Origin: Macrostomum lignano
Lineage: Eukaryota
Length of the DNA stretch: 64,000 bases
Direction of reading: 5' to 3'
Assembly: GCA_002269645.1 (NCBI GenBank)
Contig: NIVC01001128.1
Span: 215,810 to 279,809, forward strand
Both the position numbers and the translations under genes were made by a program. Numbering within the stretch: the stretch's first letter is position 1; each line of letters starts with the position of its first letter. Below are positions 1 to 13,300 of this stretch, piece after piece. The notes beneath the pieces were generated by a model, which was given only the letters and a program-made list of their open reading frames with translations, searched no databases and was not told where the DNA came from.

Positions 1-329
1 CATTCGTCATTTGTATGGAATAATAATTAATAATTGTACTATTTTCTATTTTTTTTCTTATCAACTTATATTTTTATTACAAATCTTATATATACACAGT
101 ACTTTAACTCATTGTCCCCTTTTTCCTCCTCTTCTTCTACTCTCTGTTCTTTCACCCTTGCCTCTGGCGCTTTCACCCTTCCCTTGCGCACCCAATTTTC
201 TCGTTCATTACACTAAATATTGTACAAATAGCACCAAAAATACTCGCCTCAAGCCCCAATAATTGTGAACTTAGCTGACAGTTGTCATAACTCGTAACTG
301 GATATACCGTAATTATTGTTTCAATCGCA

Positions 330-710
330 AGCAAATGATTACCCGAAATTCTGTTTTAATTACGCTACTACGGATGCACGCAAATTCGACGACAAACAAA
401 TTCGGCGACAGAAATTTAACACGGACAAATTCGGCGAAAGAAAATTAGGCGACAATCTAGGCCAATTGGGCGACGCAACACGTCTTTTTATAGCTAAGGA
501 CAAGTTAGAGCAAATAACATGTAATAAAGGCTTTCTTAAAATGCTCGTGAAAATTTTTAAATGTAAAATAATGGCCGCATAAGCTCGTGTTAAAATAACC
601 GAAAAACTTTGTCGTTTATATAAAATTGGACATCCCGCGGTCCCTAGTTGAGAATGAACCGAGTGGTCTGCCTGCAGACGAATAGCCGGCAGACGAATAG
701 TCCTGTACCC
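330..710. mobile_element. Possible end of a non-autonomous DNA transposon
   Basis: Repeated CAAATTCGGCGA motifs (330-480) and a doubled GCAGACGAATAG before a sharp end ...GTCCTGTACCC at 710. This resembles subterminal repeats of MITEs; the partner end was not seen. Confidence 0.3.
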
Positions 711-3700
711 ATAATCACTAACCCCCCTATTAGAATTTCATTTTTTGTTTACAGAGACTTATAGTTTTAATAAACATTATAATTATAAATTGCAATAGGC
801 TATCAAAGTTCAATGCAATTGCGATATTGCAATAGGCCTATTTTTTAGCTACAGTGAGTTTTTAGAAATACCATAAATGCTAGTTTATATAATATATAGT
901 TTTTTTATAGAAGGTTTTTCTCCTAATATGTATCTTTTATTAGGGCCTATCATAAACTTCTTAATGGTAAATATTAATAAAGCTCAATGGCATAACTATG
1001 GTTTCGTTCGTTATATTATTTTATTTAAAAAAGCAACAAGTTATTAGAGATTATAGCAAACCGTATATGTTGTTGTAATCTTTAGGCCAAGTTATCAATA
1101 AACTGGGCACCTTCTTAGCATTGCAGACACATTTGAGCACCCGGCTGGCATCCACACTGGCCGTTCATTGGCAAGCAGCCTATAGGTGGCCAACCAACGA
1201 ATAGTAGCTAGCATATCCGTTGTCATGGCTGCCAGGTCCCTCATCATGAGGTCCAGTTGGCATAGCTCTGCAGGTGGGTGAACGCAAATTGCCTATTGCC
1301 GTATTGGAATGATTGTCGTAGGAGCTGGTGGTCATCCAACCATTTCTTCATGCGCTGAAACAAATTTGAAACAAGAAATAATATAACAAACAAAACCATA
1401 GTTATGGCAGCTAAATGACAATTAGTCTATTAATATATTTTAAACACTGAAGTGGAAAAGTATAATATATAAATTACCCATTATTATTAAAAAATAGCTA
1501 CCTATAAGCAGAAAGAAGTTAGATAGAGTTATTACAAGTTGGATCAAATTTTGGATAGAAAAATTATAAGCTAGATTAAAGTCGGATCAAAGTTGTGTTT
1601 ACATTAGATTGAGTTATTAAAAGCATCATAGGCTTAGTATAAAGAGAGTGAAATAAAGTACTAGGGCCTTCTGGTAAGACTAAGTACCGCTGCTAGTAGC
1701 AATAGCAATTGGTAGTGGCTAGTAGGGCTTTCTGGCAAGACAGAGTATATGCAACAACAGCAATTGGTTCCAAAGCTTTTTAGTAAGATGCAGTGCTGTT
1801 GCCACTAAGTGGTATGAACCTCAAAGGCTGCAATGGCTTGACTTTTGCCCAAATATTTTTTGCAGATGGTAGTGACTCTATGCTCATATTATTATGCAAG
1901 GTGCTTATAAGCAACTTTGACTTCTTGGGAGCCTTATTGTTAATAAAAATATGTGATAGTCATTTGGCTACCATTACCTTGCAATGGCCATATGATAGCT
2001 AGTCATTGGAGGTCATATAGAGCTGCAAGATATATCAATAAACAAACTATTATGTACTAACTTAATACTTTTATCTTCTTTGAATTAGACAAAGAAATAT
2101 GTTTTGGAAATGCACATTTTCTAACATTTTTTGAAAAAATAGACAATGCAGAAAAGATTATGTAAATTTGAAAAAAATGTAAGAAATAGGCCTATTAAAA
2201 CTAGAAATAACTACTAATAGATAATATAAACTTCTTATGATAGGCCTACTAGATAGGCCTAGCAAAAATGTGATGACATTAAAACATCTAATATAATATT
2301 GACTATCTACCACTATAATTTAACTAAATATAGCTTATACCTTTTAGTTTTAGTATTGGTTGAATACATGCATCATAGAAAATGCATATTATTTCCTATT
2401 CAAGCATAGAAAAATTGCCTTGCAATGTATGCTGCAAAGAAAGATTGCCCCATCTTCTTTGAAATGGCCCTAACTCTCAATGTTGAAAGTTGCCAAGTCA
2501 ATTGTTGCATCATAGAGAGATTCAGTTTTATGTAATGTAAGGCACATATAAACTGGTAGCAAGTTGGTTGACTGCAATGTAATTTATAACCTTTGCAAGT
2601 GTACCATTTTGTAGGAAAATGTTAGAAAAGGCTTATGAACTATGATTACAGTGTGTTTAGTCTTTATAGTCACACTTGTTTATTACACTTGTAAACTAGG
2701 AATTTCATTGCATAGTATAGGATGATTACCATGAAATATAACCAAAGCAGCTTTTTTTGCAATGGAAGCAATATACAAGTAACATCTTATTCTTCTACTC
2801 TCTTGAAAACTTATTCCAAGTAGAATAGAATTTTGGCAACATTTTTCAATGAAGTGAAAGAAGTTCTTATCCCAGAAGCAACTGAATTTCCAAATCTGCT
2901 TACTTTGTCAGGTAAGAGCATGTATGGTATATAGAATGAACTTATCATCCCAGGCTTTTTTTGCTAACGGCCCATTCCAAATAAGATGGACATATTTGGA
3001 AAATAGAAAAAAGTCAATCTTTTTGCTTCTCATTGCCTTATCAGCCAATTTTTTTTACCAAATCTTTTTTGTATGTAATGTATGCAATCTAAGAAAAAAT
3101 AAATGATAAAATGTTGGATTAGTATGTTATCAATTGGCAAAAAGTTATTTTTGTAAAAAATTGGACATTTTCTAAGCAAAAGACATCATTAAGTTTATGT
3201 ACCTTTTAAAAACAAATAGAAGGCTTTAGAAGGTTAAAACAAACTATTTATAAAATTATAGTACTTGCATCATCAGATAAAAACATTAGCAACCATATAA
3301 TCTATTATATTTTTAATACATTAATACTTCAAAGTTACTGAATTGACAGAAAAAAATATGTTACGACCATAATGTTACGACCATAAGGCTGCCTTTTCTT
3401 TTGTATCTTTTTTGCCTTTTTGAGTTTATATTTTCTAATAAAAGAGTACCAAGCCTCTAGCATAATCAGAGTAGTTTTAGCTATTTAATTGGCACAACCG
3501 ATTGAATGCAAGTGTATGCAAGCCAATGAAAAGGTTTTACATGGCTTTATGAATGTGATCTTTCAAAACCACTGGATTGAGATATAAGTCAAGTAGGCAA
3601 ATCTCTATTGCTTTCTAGTTACCAAGTCTTTGCAGCTTTCAAGAAAAACTTTGATGCTGATGGCAAATGCTGCTTTGGGTACAATGCACTTGTAAAACAA

Positions 3701-4357
3701 ATGATATTGTGTATACTTTGAATAGTTGGTAAAAATTGTTTTCAAAATGCAAAGAGATACAAGCTTATATATAAAAAGGATGCATAATATAGTATAGTTT
3801 AGTACCAAGATGCACTTTTGAAATTATATAATCTTTTTTAATAGCCTTTTGGTTATAGAATGCTTTAAATTGATTTATTAAACTAGTAATTGACTTGCTA
3901 GAAAGCATATATAAAGGGCATTGCATAAAATATTTTGCTAAATAGAAGAAATATTATTTGTCAAATTTAATGGAATCCAATTTCTGCTTGTGTCACTAAT
4001 TATTACAGTATAGCTTGCAAACAGTTTTTTGTGTATTTTTTTAGTATATAGATATATGTATCCAAAATTACAACTTAGGTTTTTCAACTTACCCAAAAAT
4101 ACAAAAACAGACATTTCTCAATTTTTGTCAAAAAAGCTTTTATAAATCATTAAAAGAACATCAATTTTGTGATTTAACCTTGGTCTGCCACCTGAATTTA
4201 GTTGTTGTTTTTTTATAATTATACAACTCCTTTGTATAATGACTGTTAGCTATTAAACAACAATTTAATTCCACCTTCTTGCAGCCTTATTAAATTTGTT
4301 AATAACAGAGATAGTATTATTTAATAAAAAGTGTGAACTCTTGAATCATTGTTAATC

Positions 4358-7300
4358 ATGCCAGAAGTTGTAGCTCAACCACAAAAGCAGCAACAGCAGC
4401 AGCAGTACTGCTACTCAACTGAGCAGTACTTTCGACTGCCAGATAAATCATTGACCGCCAATCGGATAGTGATGCGCAATGAGCACTGCCTTGTTGCCTT
4501 CACTTCCGCTGGCTGTCTTCTGCGATTCGAACGAAATCCAACAGTGGCTGATCAGAAACAGCCCAGCTGGAAGGAGGTGCTTCGACTGCCATTGATGAAT
4601 TTTGATGCCTGTCTGTTGGCTGATTCTCAGGCTGCCGATGAGCGTCTGGTGGTGTGGCTCGCTGGGACACTGCGGGTCTACAATATTGACAGTCTGGAGT
4701 GCGGCAGCTTCAGCAGCGTCTGCGGATTGCCTGCTGGGGTTGCCGACGCTGCCTCTGGAGCTCGGGTGGCAAAGATATTGCAGATCTCTGCCGACGAAAT
4801 GCTGCTAATGACTCGCTTGGCAACTGATGCAGTCTATGGTGAGGGCTGTGTGTGCATCATTACTTGGCTGGGCTGTCATCCTCCCTGATCCTCAGTAGCT
4901 GGGCCAGCCTCCCAAATCCTCAGTTGCTGGGCCAGCCTCCCAGATCCCCAGTTGCTGGACCAGCCTCCCAGATCCCCAGTTGTTGAGCCAGCCTCCCAGA
5001 ACCCAACAGGTTGCTGGGCTGTTAGACTCAGAATTTGCAGTCACCAGTTCTCACTGCACTCTCAAGCAGCTCTCATTTGCCCCCTCTCTCTCTTTCTCCT
5101 CGCATGGCAGACTGCTCGCTTCATCCGGTGTGCATCAGCCACCTCCGCCTGCCGCCGGAGTCCACCTGGCCGGACAAGCCGCCGCTGATGGCCGCCACCC
5201 TGGCCTGTGTGGGCCTGCCGGTTCCTCCCGAGCGACTGCTTCGACTGCAATACGACAGCCGTCAGGCCTGCCTGCACTGCCTGACGCCTGACGGTCGAGT
5301 TCTCACCATCGACTGTCTGTCCGGTTGGCTAGTTGACTCTCTGGCAGTGCCTCGGGACACCACCGATCTGCTGCTAGTTCGCAGTCACGCAGAATCGTCA
5401 ATATTAGCTCTGGCTAGTCCCAACAGCGTCACCCTAGTGGAATATCCATCCTGTAGACGTTTGCACCGATTGAGCTTGCCTAGTAAACTTGCCGATGCTC
5501 GCCTACTGGCCTGTCGGTCAACTACTGTTAGTAGAATAATCCAACAGCCGGAATTATTTGTTTGGGGCGGCAACAGTTTAGTGTATCGGCTGCGAGAAAC
5601 TTCGCCAGGTCAGCAGTATCAGAGATTGCTCGACTCGCTACAGTTTGATGAAGCTGAGCTGTGCGCTAAACGGTACGGACTGCCTATGGACCGGTTGTAC
5701 TATGCCAAGTGCAGGCATCTGCTAGATTCAGACTCTTCTAGTGCGTCTTCTTCGACACCCGTGTCGGAGGAGTCCCTGGCTGAGCTGGTCAGCTGTTTGG
5801 ATAAGCTGGCATTCTCTACTGATGTTGAATATTTGCTGTTGTTAAGCAGCTGTCTGAAAGGTGAGGGCTTGCTTTGTTATGAAGTCTGATGTCATACTCT
5901 TTGTTGCCAGGCCTTTGTGATGGTTTTTTATTTTAATCCTTCAGTGTATTGTTTAACCCGAGTCCTTCACACATCCTTCAGTGGCCTGAGCTGCCACCCC
6001 TCTGATCCTTCAGTGGCCTGAGCTGCCACCCCTCTGATCCTTCAGTGGCCTGAGCTGCCACCCCTCTGATCCTTCAGTGGCCTGAGCTGCCACCCCTCTG
6101 ATCCTTCAGTGGACTGAGCCGCCACCCCTCTGATCCTTCAGTGGCCTGAGCTGCCACCCCTCTGATCCTTCAGTGGCCTGAGCTGCCACCCCTCTGATCC
6201 TTCAGTGGACTGAGCCGCCACCCCTCTGATCCTTCAGTGGCCTGAGCTGCCACCCCTCTGATCCTTCAGTGGCCTGAGCTGCCACCCCTCTGATCCTTCA
6301 GTGGCCTGAGCTGCCACCCCTCTGATCCTTCAGTGGCCTGAGCTGCCACCCCTCTGATCCTTCAGTGGCCTGAGCTGCCACCCCTCTGATCCTTCAGTGG
6401 CCTGAGCTGCCACCCCTCTGATCCTTCAGTGGCCTGAGCTGCCACCCCTCTGATCCTTCAGTGGCCTGAGCTGCCACCCCTCTGATCCTTCAATGGCCTG
6501 AGCTGCCACCCCTCTGATCCTTCAGTAGCCTGAGCTGCCACCCCTCTGATCCTTCAGTGGCCTGAGCTGCCACCCCTCTGATCCTTCAGTGGCCTGAGCT
6601 GCCACCCCTCTGATCCTTCAGTGGCCTGAGCTGCCACCCCTCTGATCCTTCAGTGGACTGAGCCGCCACCCCTCTGATCCTTCAGTGGCCTGAGCTGCCA
6701 CCCCTCTGATCCTTCAGTGGCCTGAGCTGCCACCCCTCTGATCCTTCAGTGGCCTGAGCTGCCACCCCTCTGATCCTTCAGTGGCCTGAGCTGCCACCCC
6801 TCTGATCCTTCAGTGGACTGAGCCGCCACCCCTCTGATCCTTCAGTGGCCTGAGCTGCCACCCCTCTGATCCTTCAGTGGCCTGAGCTGCCACCCCTCTG
6901 ATCCTTCAGTGGCCTGAGCTGCCACCCCTCTGATCCTTCAGTGGCCTGAGCTGCCACCCCTCTGATCCTTCAGTGGCCTGAGCTGCCACCCCTCTGATCC
7001 TTCAGTGGCCTGAGCTGCCACCCCTCTGATCCTTCAGTGGCCTGAGCTGCCACCCCTCTGATCCTTCAGTGGCCTGAGCTGCCACCCCTCTGATCCTTCA
7101 GTGGCCTGAGCTGCCACCCCTCTGATCCTTCAATGGTCCTCAATAAAATCTACAAACAGCGCTAATTTACCTTTCTTCATCCCACTAACTCTCCCACAGC
7201 CGCCTGTAACGGGTCCAGTCCCGGCCTGCTCGAGCAGCTCCTAACAACGGTGTCGAATCAGCTGTGCCGCTATTTCTACGACCCATCTGTAGCGGTTGGC

Positions 7301-10300
7301 ACCGAAGCAGCCGATCAGTCCATCCTAGCCCGCTGGTGCGAGACCAGCGATTTAGCCGCCGCAACATTGCAACGCCTACGCGTTTGCTTACAATTGATCG
7401 AGCCGGATCAATTCAGTTTAGAAATGTGGCAATGGTTTCAAACTGTTAATATTTGTTCGTATTTTTGCGACTCTGTACTGCGCAATAATCAAGAGGAATC
7501 GGCTGTACTGTTTGCTAATTATAAGCAGACCATCTGCAGACAATTAGCAGATAGCGGAGAATATCTACAGCTGGTGCTGGACAATCTGCGCTGCTGTCAA
7601 CCGGATGGATTGCTGTCACAGCCTTGGTGCGTCTGGCTGGCTGAGGAGTTCCTGCCGGCTATGGCCGCCTCGCCTGAGTCTGCGAGGTTTGCTCCCATAG
7701 TAAGTTGATCGAGTTATGACAGCTTGCTGTTACCGGCTTGGGAGCTAGAATAGATAGAGTGGATTGGAGTGTTAGATGGAGAGAATTGGAGTGCTAGATT
7801 AAGTGGATTGGAGTGCTAGATAGAAAGGATTTGAGTGTTAAATAGAGAGGATTGGACTTCTAGATAGGGAGAATCAGCAGTGCTAGATAAGGAGAATCAG
7901 GAGTGCTAGATAGTGAGAATCGGGAGTGCTCGATAGGGAGGATCAGGAGTGCTAGACATGGAGGATCAGGAGTGCTAGATAGTGAGAATAAGGAGTGCTA
8001 GATAGTGAGAATCAGGAGTGCTAGATAGGAAGGATCAAGAGTGCTAGACATGGAGAATCAGGAGTGCTAGATATGGAGGATCAGGAGTGCTAAATAGTGA
8101 GAATCAGGAGTGCTAAATATGGAGGAGCAGGAGTGCTAGAAATGGAGGATCAGGAGCGCTAGATAAGGAGGATCAGGAGTGCTAGAAATGGAGGATCAGG
8201 AGCGCTAGATAAGGAGGATCAGGAGCGCTAGATAAGGAGGATCAGGAGTGCTAGATATGGAGGATCAGGAGTGCTAGATAGGGAGGAACAGGAGTGCTAG
8301 ACATGGAGAATGAACAGGAGTGCTAGACATGGAGAATCAGCAGCGCTAGATAAGGAGGATCAGGAGTGCTAGATAAGGAGGATCAGGAGTGCTAGATAGG
8401 TAGGAACAGGAGTGCTAGATAGGGAGGATCAGGAGTGCTAGATATGGAGGATCAGGAGTGCTAGATAGGGAGGATCAGGAGTGCTAGATATGGAGGATCA
8501 GGAGTGCTAGATAGGGAGGATCAGGAGTGCTAGATATGGAGGATCAGGAGTGCTAGATAGGGAGGAACAGGAGTGCTAGACATGGAGAATCAGGAGTGCT
8601 AGATAGGGAGGAACAGGAGTGCTAGACATGGAGGATCAGGAGTGCTAGATAGAGAGAATTAGGAATGCACCTGTACATTCGCTACTCTAATCTCACAGAT
8701 CGCTGATTGGCTAGAGGACTGCATAGACGGCCTGATCCGATTGGACGACTCCGCGGCCACCAAAGCGGACGCCTGCCGCCAGTTCTTAGCCAATCTGCTG
8801 CGCTGCGTTGGCCAACCAACTGAAGAAGCCGGGGACTCGTTTAGCCGCCCCCTGAGCCAGTTAGCTAGGGCTTTAGACGAGCTGGTGTGCCTGTGCTCCA
8901 GGTATAAACTGCGTCTGAGCGTTCGCCTCTACCGGCGTATGGATAAAGGGGATTTGGCCAAGCATATCCTGGATTATATTCTGCTTAGTCAGGATGCCGG
9001 CCTGTTTGGCCTGTTTGGAGCTTATTTGCAGGTGAGCCTCGCTGAAATGACCCCTGGTTCGATTCCGTGCGCAGCCACAATTTTCATTTTGGGGTTTTGC
9101 TCGTGCTCAGAAGCGCAAGTATCTGTACTATAAAAATACGAATTTCCTCCCGCAGGAGTGCGGCCTTAATAGCGACCAATTCTATTGCGACTATTGTTCA
9201 GCCAGGCTGCAGGCAGCCAGTGCTGCAACAGACGCGGCTATGCATATGATTGGCTCCAATAATGATGCAGCCAATCATCTGCATGGCAGCGACAGCCACG
9301 GCAGCGGTGTGAGTCCTCAGGATGCTGAGAGGACCGCTGTCACCGTACTCGGTCGAATAGTTAACGAAGACGCCAGGATGCGTTGTACTATTATGCTAGC
9401 CGAGCAGGCGACTGTGCCGTGGTCAGAGGAGGTGCAAGCAGTTGTTGAGCAGCATCTGGCTTTGAGGCATCGGCCTGATCGGGTAGTGCTGCAGCGGGCT
9501 GTAACGGCGGCTAAGACTCAGGCGCTGTTTAAACGGTAAGGCTGACTGGGGGTCTAGAGGTAGAGAAATGGGGTGTTGGCTGGGGTTAGCGGCTCATTGG
9601 GAGTGGTCTGTAGGGAGAGAAATGGGGTGGTGGCTGGGGTTAGCGGTTCACTGTGGGTCTGGAGGGAGAGAAATGGGGTGGTGGCTGGGGTTAGTGGCTC
9701 ATTGGGGGTGGTCTGTAGGGAGAGAAATGGGGTGGTGGCTGGGGTTAGTGGCTCATTGGGGGTGGTCTGTAGGGAGAGAAATGGGTGTCTCATTAGGGGT
9801 CTGGGGGGAGAGAAATGGGTGTTGGCTGGGGTTAGAGGCTCACTGTGGGTCTGGAGGGAGAGAAATGGGGTGGTGGCTGGGGTTAGTGGCTCATTGGGAG
9901 TGGTCTGTAGGGAGAGAAATGGGGTGGTGGCTGGGTTAGCGGTTCACTGTGGGTCTGTAGGGAGAGAAATGGGGTGGTGGCTGGGGTTAGTGGCTCATTG
10001 GGGGTGGTCTGTAGGGAGAGAAATGGGGTGGTGGCTGGGGTTAGTGGCTCATTGGGAGTGGTCTGTAGGGAGAGAAATGGGGTGGTGGCTGGGGTTAGTG
10101 GCTCATTGGGGGTGGTCTGTAGGGAGAGAAATGGGGTGGTGGCTGGGGTTAGTGGCTCATTGGGAGTGGTCTGTAGGGAGAGAAATGGGGTGGTGGCTGG
10201 GTTTAGTGGCTCATTGGGGGTGGTCTGTAGGGAGAGAAATGGGGTGGTGGCTGGGGTTAGCGGTTCACTGTGGGTCTGTAGGGAGAGAAATGGGGTGGTG

Positions 10301-13300
10301 GCTGGGGTTAGTGGCTCATTGGGGGTGGTCTGTAGGGAGAGAAATGGGGTGGTGGCTGGGGTTAGTGGCTCATTGGGAGTGGTCTGTAGGGAGAGAAATG
10401 GGGTGGTGGCTGGGGTTAGTGGCTCATTGGGGGTGGTCTGTAGGGAGAGAAATGGGGTGGTGGCTGGGGTTAGCGGTTCACTGTGGGTCTGTAGGGAGAG
10501 AAATGGGGTGGTGGCTGGGTTAGTGGCTCATTGGGGTGGTCTGTAGGGAGAGAAATGGGGTGGTGGCTGGGTTTAGTGGCTCATTGGGGGTGGTCTGTAG
10601 GGAGAGAAATGGGGTGGTGGCTGGGGTTAGCGGTTCACTGTGGGTCTGTAGGGAGAGAAATGGGGTGGTGGCTGGGGTTAGTGGTTCACTGTGGGTCTGT
10701 AGGGAGAGAAATGGGGTGGTGGCTGGGGTTAGTGGCTCATTGGGAGTGGTCTGTAGGGAGAGAAATGGGGTGGTGGCTGGGGTTAGTGGCTCATTGGGAG
10801 TGGTCTGTAGGGAGAGAAATGGGGTGGTGGCTGGGGTTAGTGGCTCATTGGGAGTGGTCTGTAGGGAGAGAAATGGGGTGGTGGCTGGGGTTAGCGGTTC
10901 ACTGTGGGTCTGTAGGGAGAGAAATGGGGTGGTGGCTGGGGTTAGTGGCTCATTGGGGGTGGTCTGTAGGGAGAGAAATGGGGTGGTGGCTGGGTTAGCG
11001 GTTCACTGTGGGTCTGTAGGGAGAGAAATGGGGTGGTGGCTGGGGTTAGTGGCTCATTGGGGGTGGTCTGTAGGGAGAGAAATGGGGTGGTGGCTGGGTT
11101 TAGTGGCTCATTGGGGGTGGTCTGTAGGGAGAGAAATGGGGTGGTGGCTGGGGTTAGCGGTTCACTGTGGGTCTGTAGGGAGAGAAATGGGGTGGTGGCT
11201 GGGGTTAGTGGCTCATTGGGGGTGGTCTGTAGGGAGAGAAATGGGGTGGTGGCTGGGGTTAGTGGCTCATTGGGAGTGGTCTGTAGGGAGAGAAATGGGG
11301 TGGTGGCTGGGGTTAGTGGCTCATTGGGGGTGGTCTGTAGGGAGAGAAATGGGGTGGTGGCTGGGGTTAGTGGCTCATTGGGAGTGGTCTGTAGGGAGAG
11401 AAATGGGGTGGTGGCTGGGGTTAGCGGTTCACTGTGGGTCTGTAGGGAGAGAAATGGGGTGGTGGCTGGGGTTAGTGGCTCATTGGGGGTGGTCTGTAGG
11501 GAGAGAAATGGGGTGGTGGCTGGGGTTAGCGGTTCACTGTGGGTCTGTAGGGAGAGAAATGGGGTGGTGGCTGGGGTTAGTGGCTCATTGGGGGTGGTCT
11601 GTAGGGAGAGAAATGGAGTGGTGGCTGGGTTTAGTGGCTCATTGGGGGTGGTCTGTAGGGAGAGAAATGGGGTGGTGGCTGGGGTTAGTGGCTCATTGGG
11701 AGTGGTCTGTAGGGAGAGAAATGGGGTGGTGGCTGGGGTTAGTGGCTCATCGGGGGTGGTCTGTAGGGAGAGAAATGGGGTGGTGGCTGGGGTTAGCGGT
11801 TCACTGTGGGTCTGTAGGGAGAGAAATGGGTGTTGGCTGGCGTTAGAGGCTCACTGTGGGTCTGGAGGGAGAGAAATGGGGTGTTGGCTGGGGTTAGAGG
11901 CTCACTGTGGGTCTGTAGGGAGAGAAATGGGGTGTTGGCTGGCGTTAGAGGCTCACTGTGGGTCTTGAGGGAGAGAAATGGGGTGGTGGCTGGGGTTAGT
12001 GGCTCATTAAGGGTCTGTTGGGAGAGAAATAGTGTGGTGGCTGGGGTTAGCAGCTCAGCGGTTTAGTAGGCCCAGGGGTCTGGGGAGTGAGGTGGCGTTA
12101 GCTGCTCACTAAATGGCCTCGAGAAACAAGAGACTCGAGTAATTGCTTACTGAAAAAAAGGGTATAAATGAATGTATAGTGACAGGCCCAAGCCACAAAT
12201 AAAAATAGAAAAGAGAATTTCTTATCTGTTTTGTATTATCAATTTGTTCGACTGCTTTTCAACAGTGAGACACACCCACCATTTAAAACCCCTAAAACAT
12301 TTAACAGCTACAATATCAGGCAGCACGACGCCAGCCAGCAGGACGCCCAAGCTAGGGCAGCTTTAAAAGGCCTATTCTCACAGCTGGCCAGCGGCCGAGT
12401 TACTCCGGCCACTGTCCGAGCCGATCTGCTACTATTAACGGACACGTTTGGATTTACAGTCTCGGATTTAATGACCGTGGCCGTTGATTGCGCTTTGAAA
12501 GAGGGTAGTTCCGTTAAGTGAGTAGTTGTGTTTGTCTGTTTTAATTAGTATGATTACGTAATTAACGTAAGGGAAAAATTATAGAACAAGGCATTCGGAG
12601 TATTTAATTACAGGTTTATAGTTACTCTCGTCGCTAACCTGAGCAGCCCTTTAATCTTTTGTGTCTTTAGCTCGTATAATTAGAACTAAAGAAATTGTAG
12701 AGCTGGTACCGCTAGATGTAAAATAGTTCTAATTAGATGACGAGGCGCTTAGTTATAATTGCTCTTACTGTTTACCCTTGCGGTGTGCTGTGAGGCATTG
12801 AAAGCGAATATCGCATTTCAATAATCGGTCGGTTTGGGTGCCCAGCCCAAGCGCTATACCGTAGTACCAACAGGTGTTGTGACGTTCTGCTTATTCTATA
12901 TTAATACTGACAGGCGTTATGACGCTCTGGCAAGAAGGAACTCTAGCCCTGCCTAGCAAGCTTCCCGGAAATAAAAGATTAACTCAAAGCAGGCAAACTC
13001 AAAGTGGCCGAGTAACGGACGCTTCTTATATTTAAATACTCAAGTTGAACTCAATCACAGAACTCAAATCGGTGATGGTTGGCTAATAGGTCCTGACTGT
13101 CGACTAATACTAATAGTCGACGTCTGGTGCTGCTCTTCTCTGACCCGTTCTCTGGGTTTTACTTAATCTAAATCTACAAATCGCTATGACCGATGTTTGT
13201 TTGACAAACAAAAAGGGCGAGATGCGAGAGAAAAAGGGCGCACAACAATAAATAGCAAACTCAGGCCTGGGGGCAGGGGGATAGACTGCCCGATCGGCTA

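Noticed and set aside
1100-3850. Possible decayed transposase (hAT/ZMYM-like or P2X7-like-domain) in the AT-rich region
   Set aside because: Only vague fragments (YCFHCKK, RPVWMPAGC) were found, without consistent motif order or termini; this cannot be supported without a profile search.
5973-7133. CRISPR-like appearance of regular 23-49-bp repeats
   Set aside because: Units are head-to-tail with no unique spacers, there are no cas genes, and the context is eukaryotic.
9554-12066. Long repetitive ORFs here, and likewise at 21171-22111, 28589-29941, 30172-31384, 45074-46457, 55765-56943, 57514-58176 and 62025-63211
   Set aside because: All lie within intronic tandem arrays bounded by phase-compatible splice sites of real genes.
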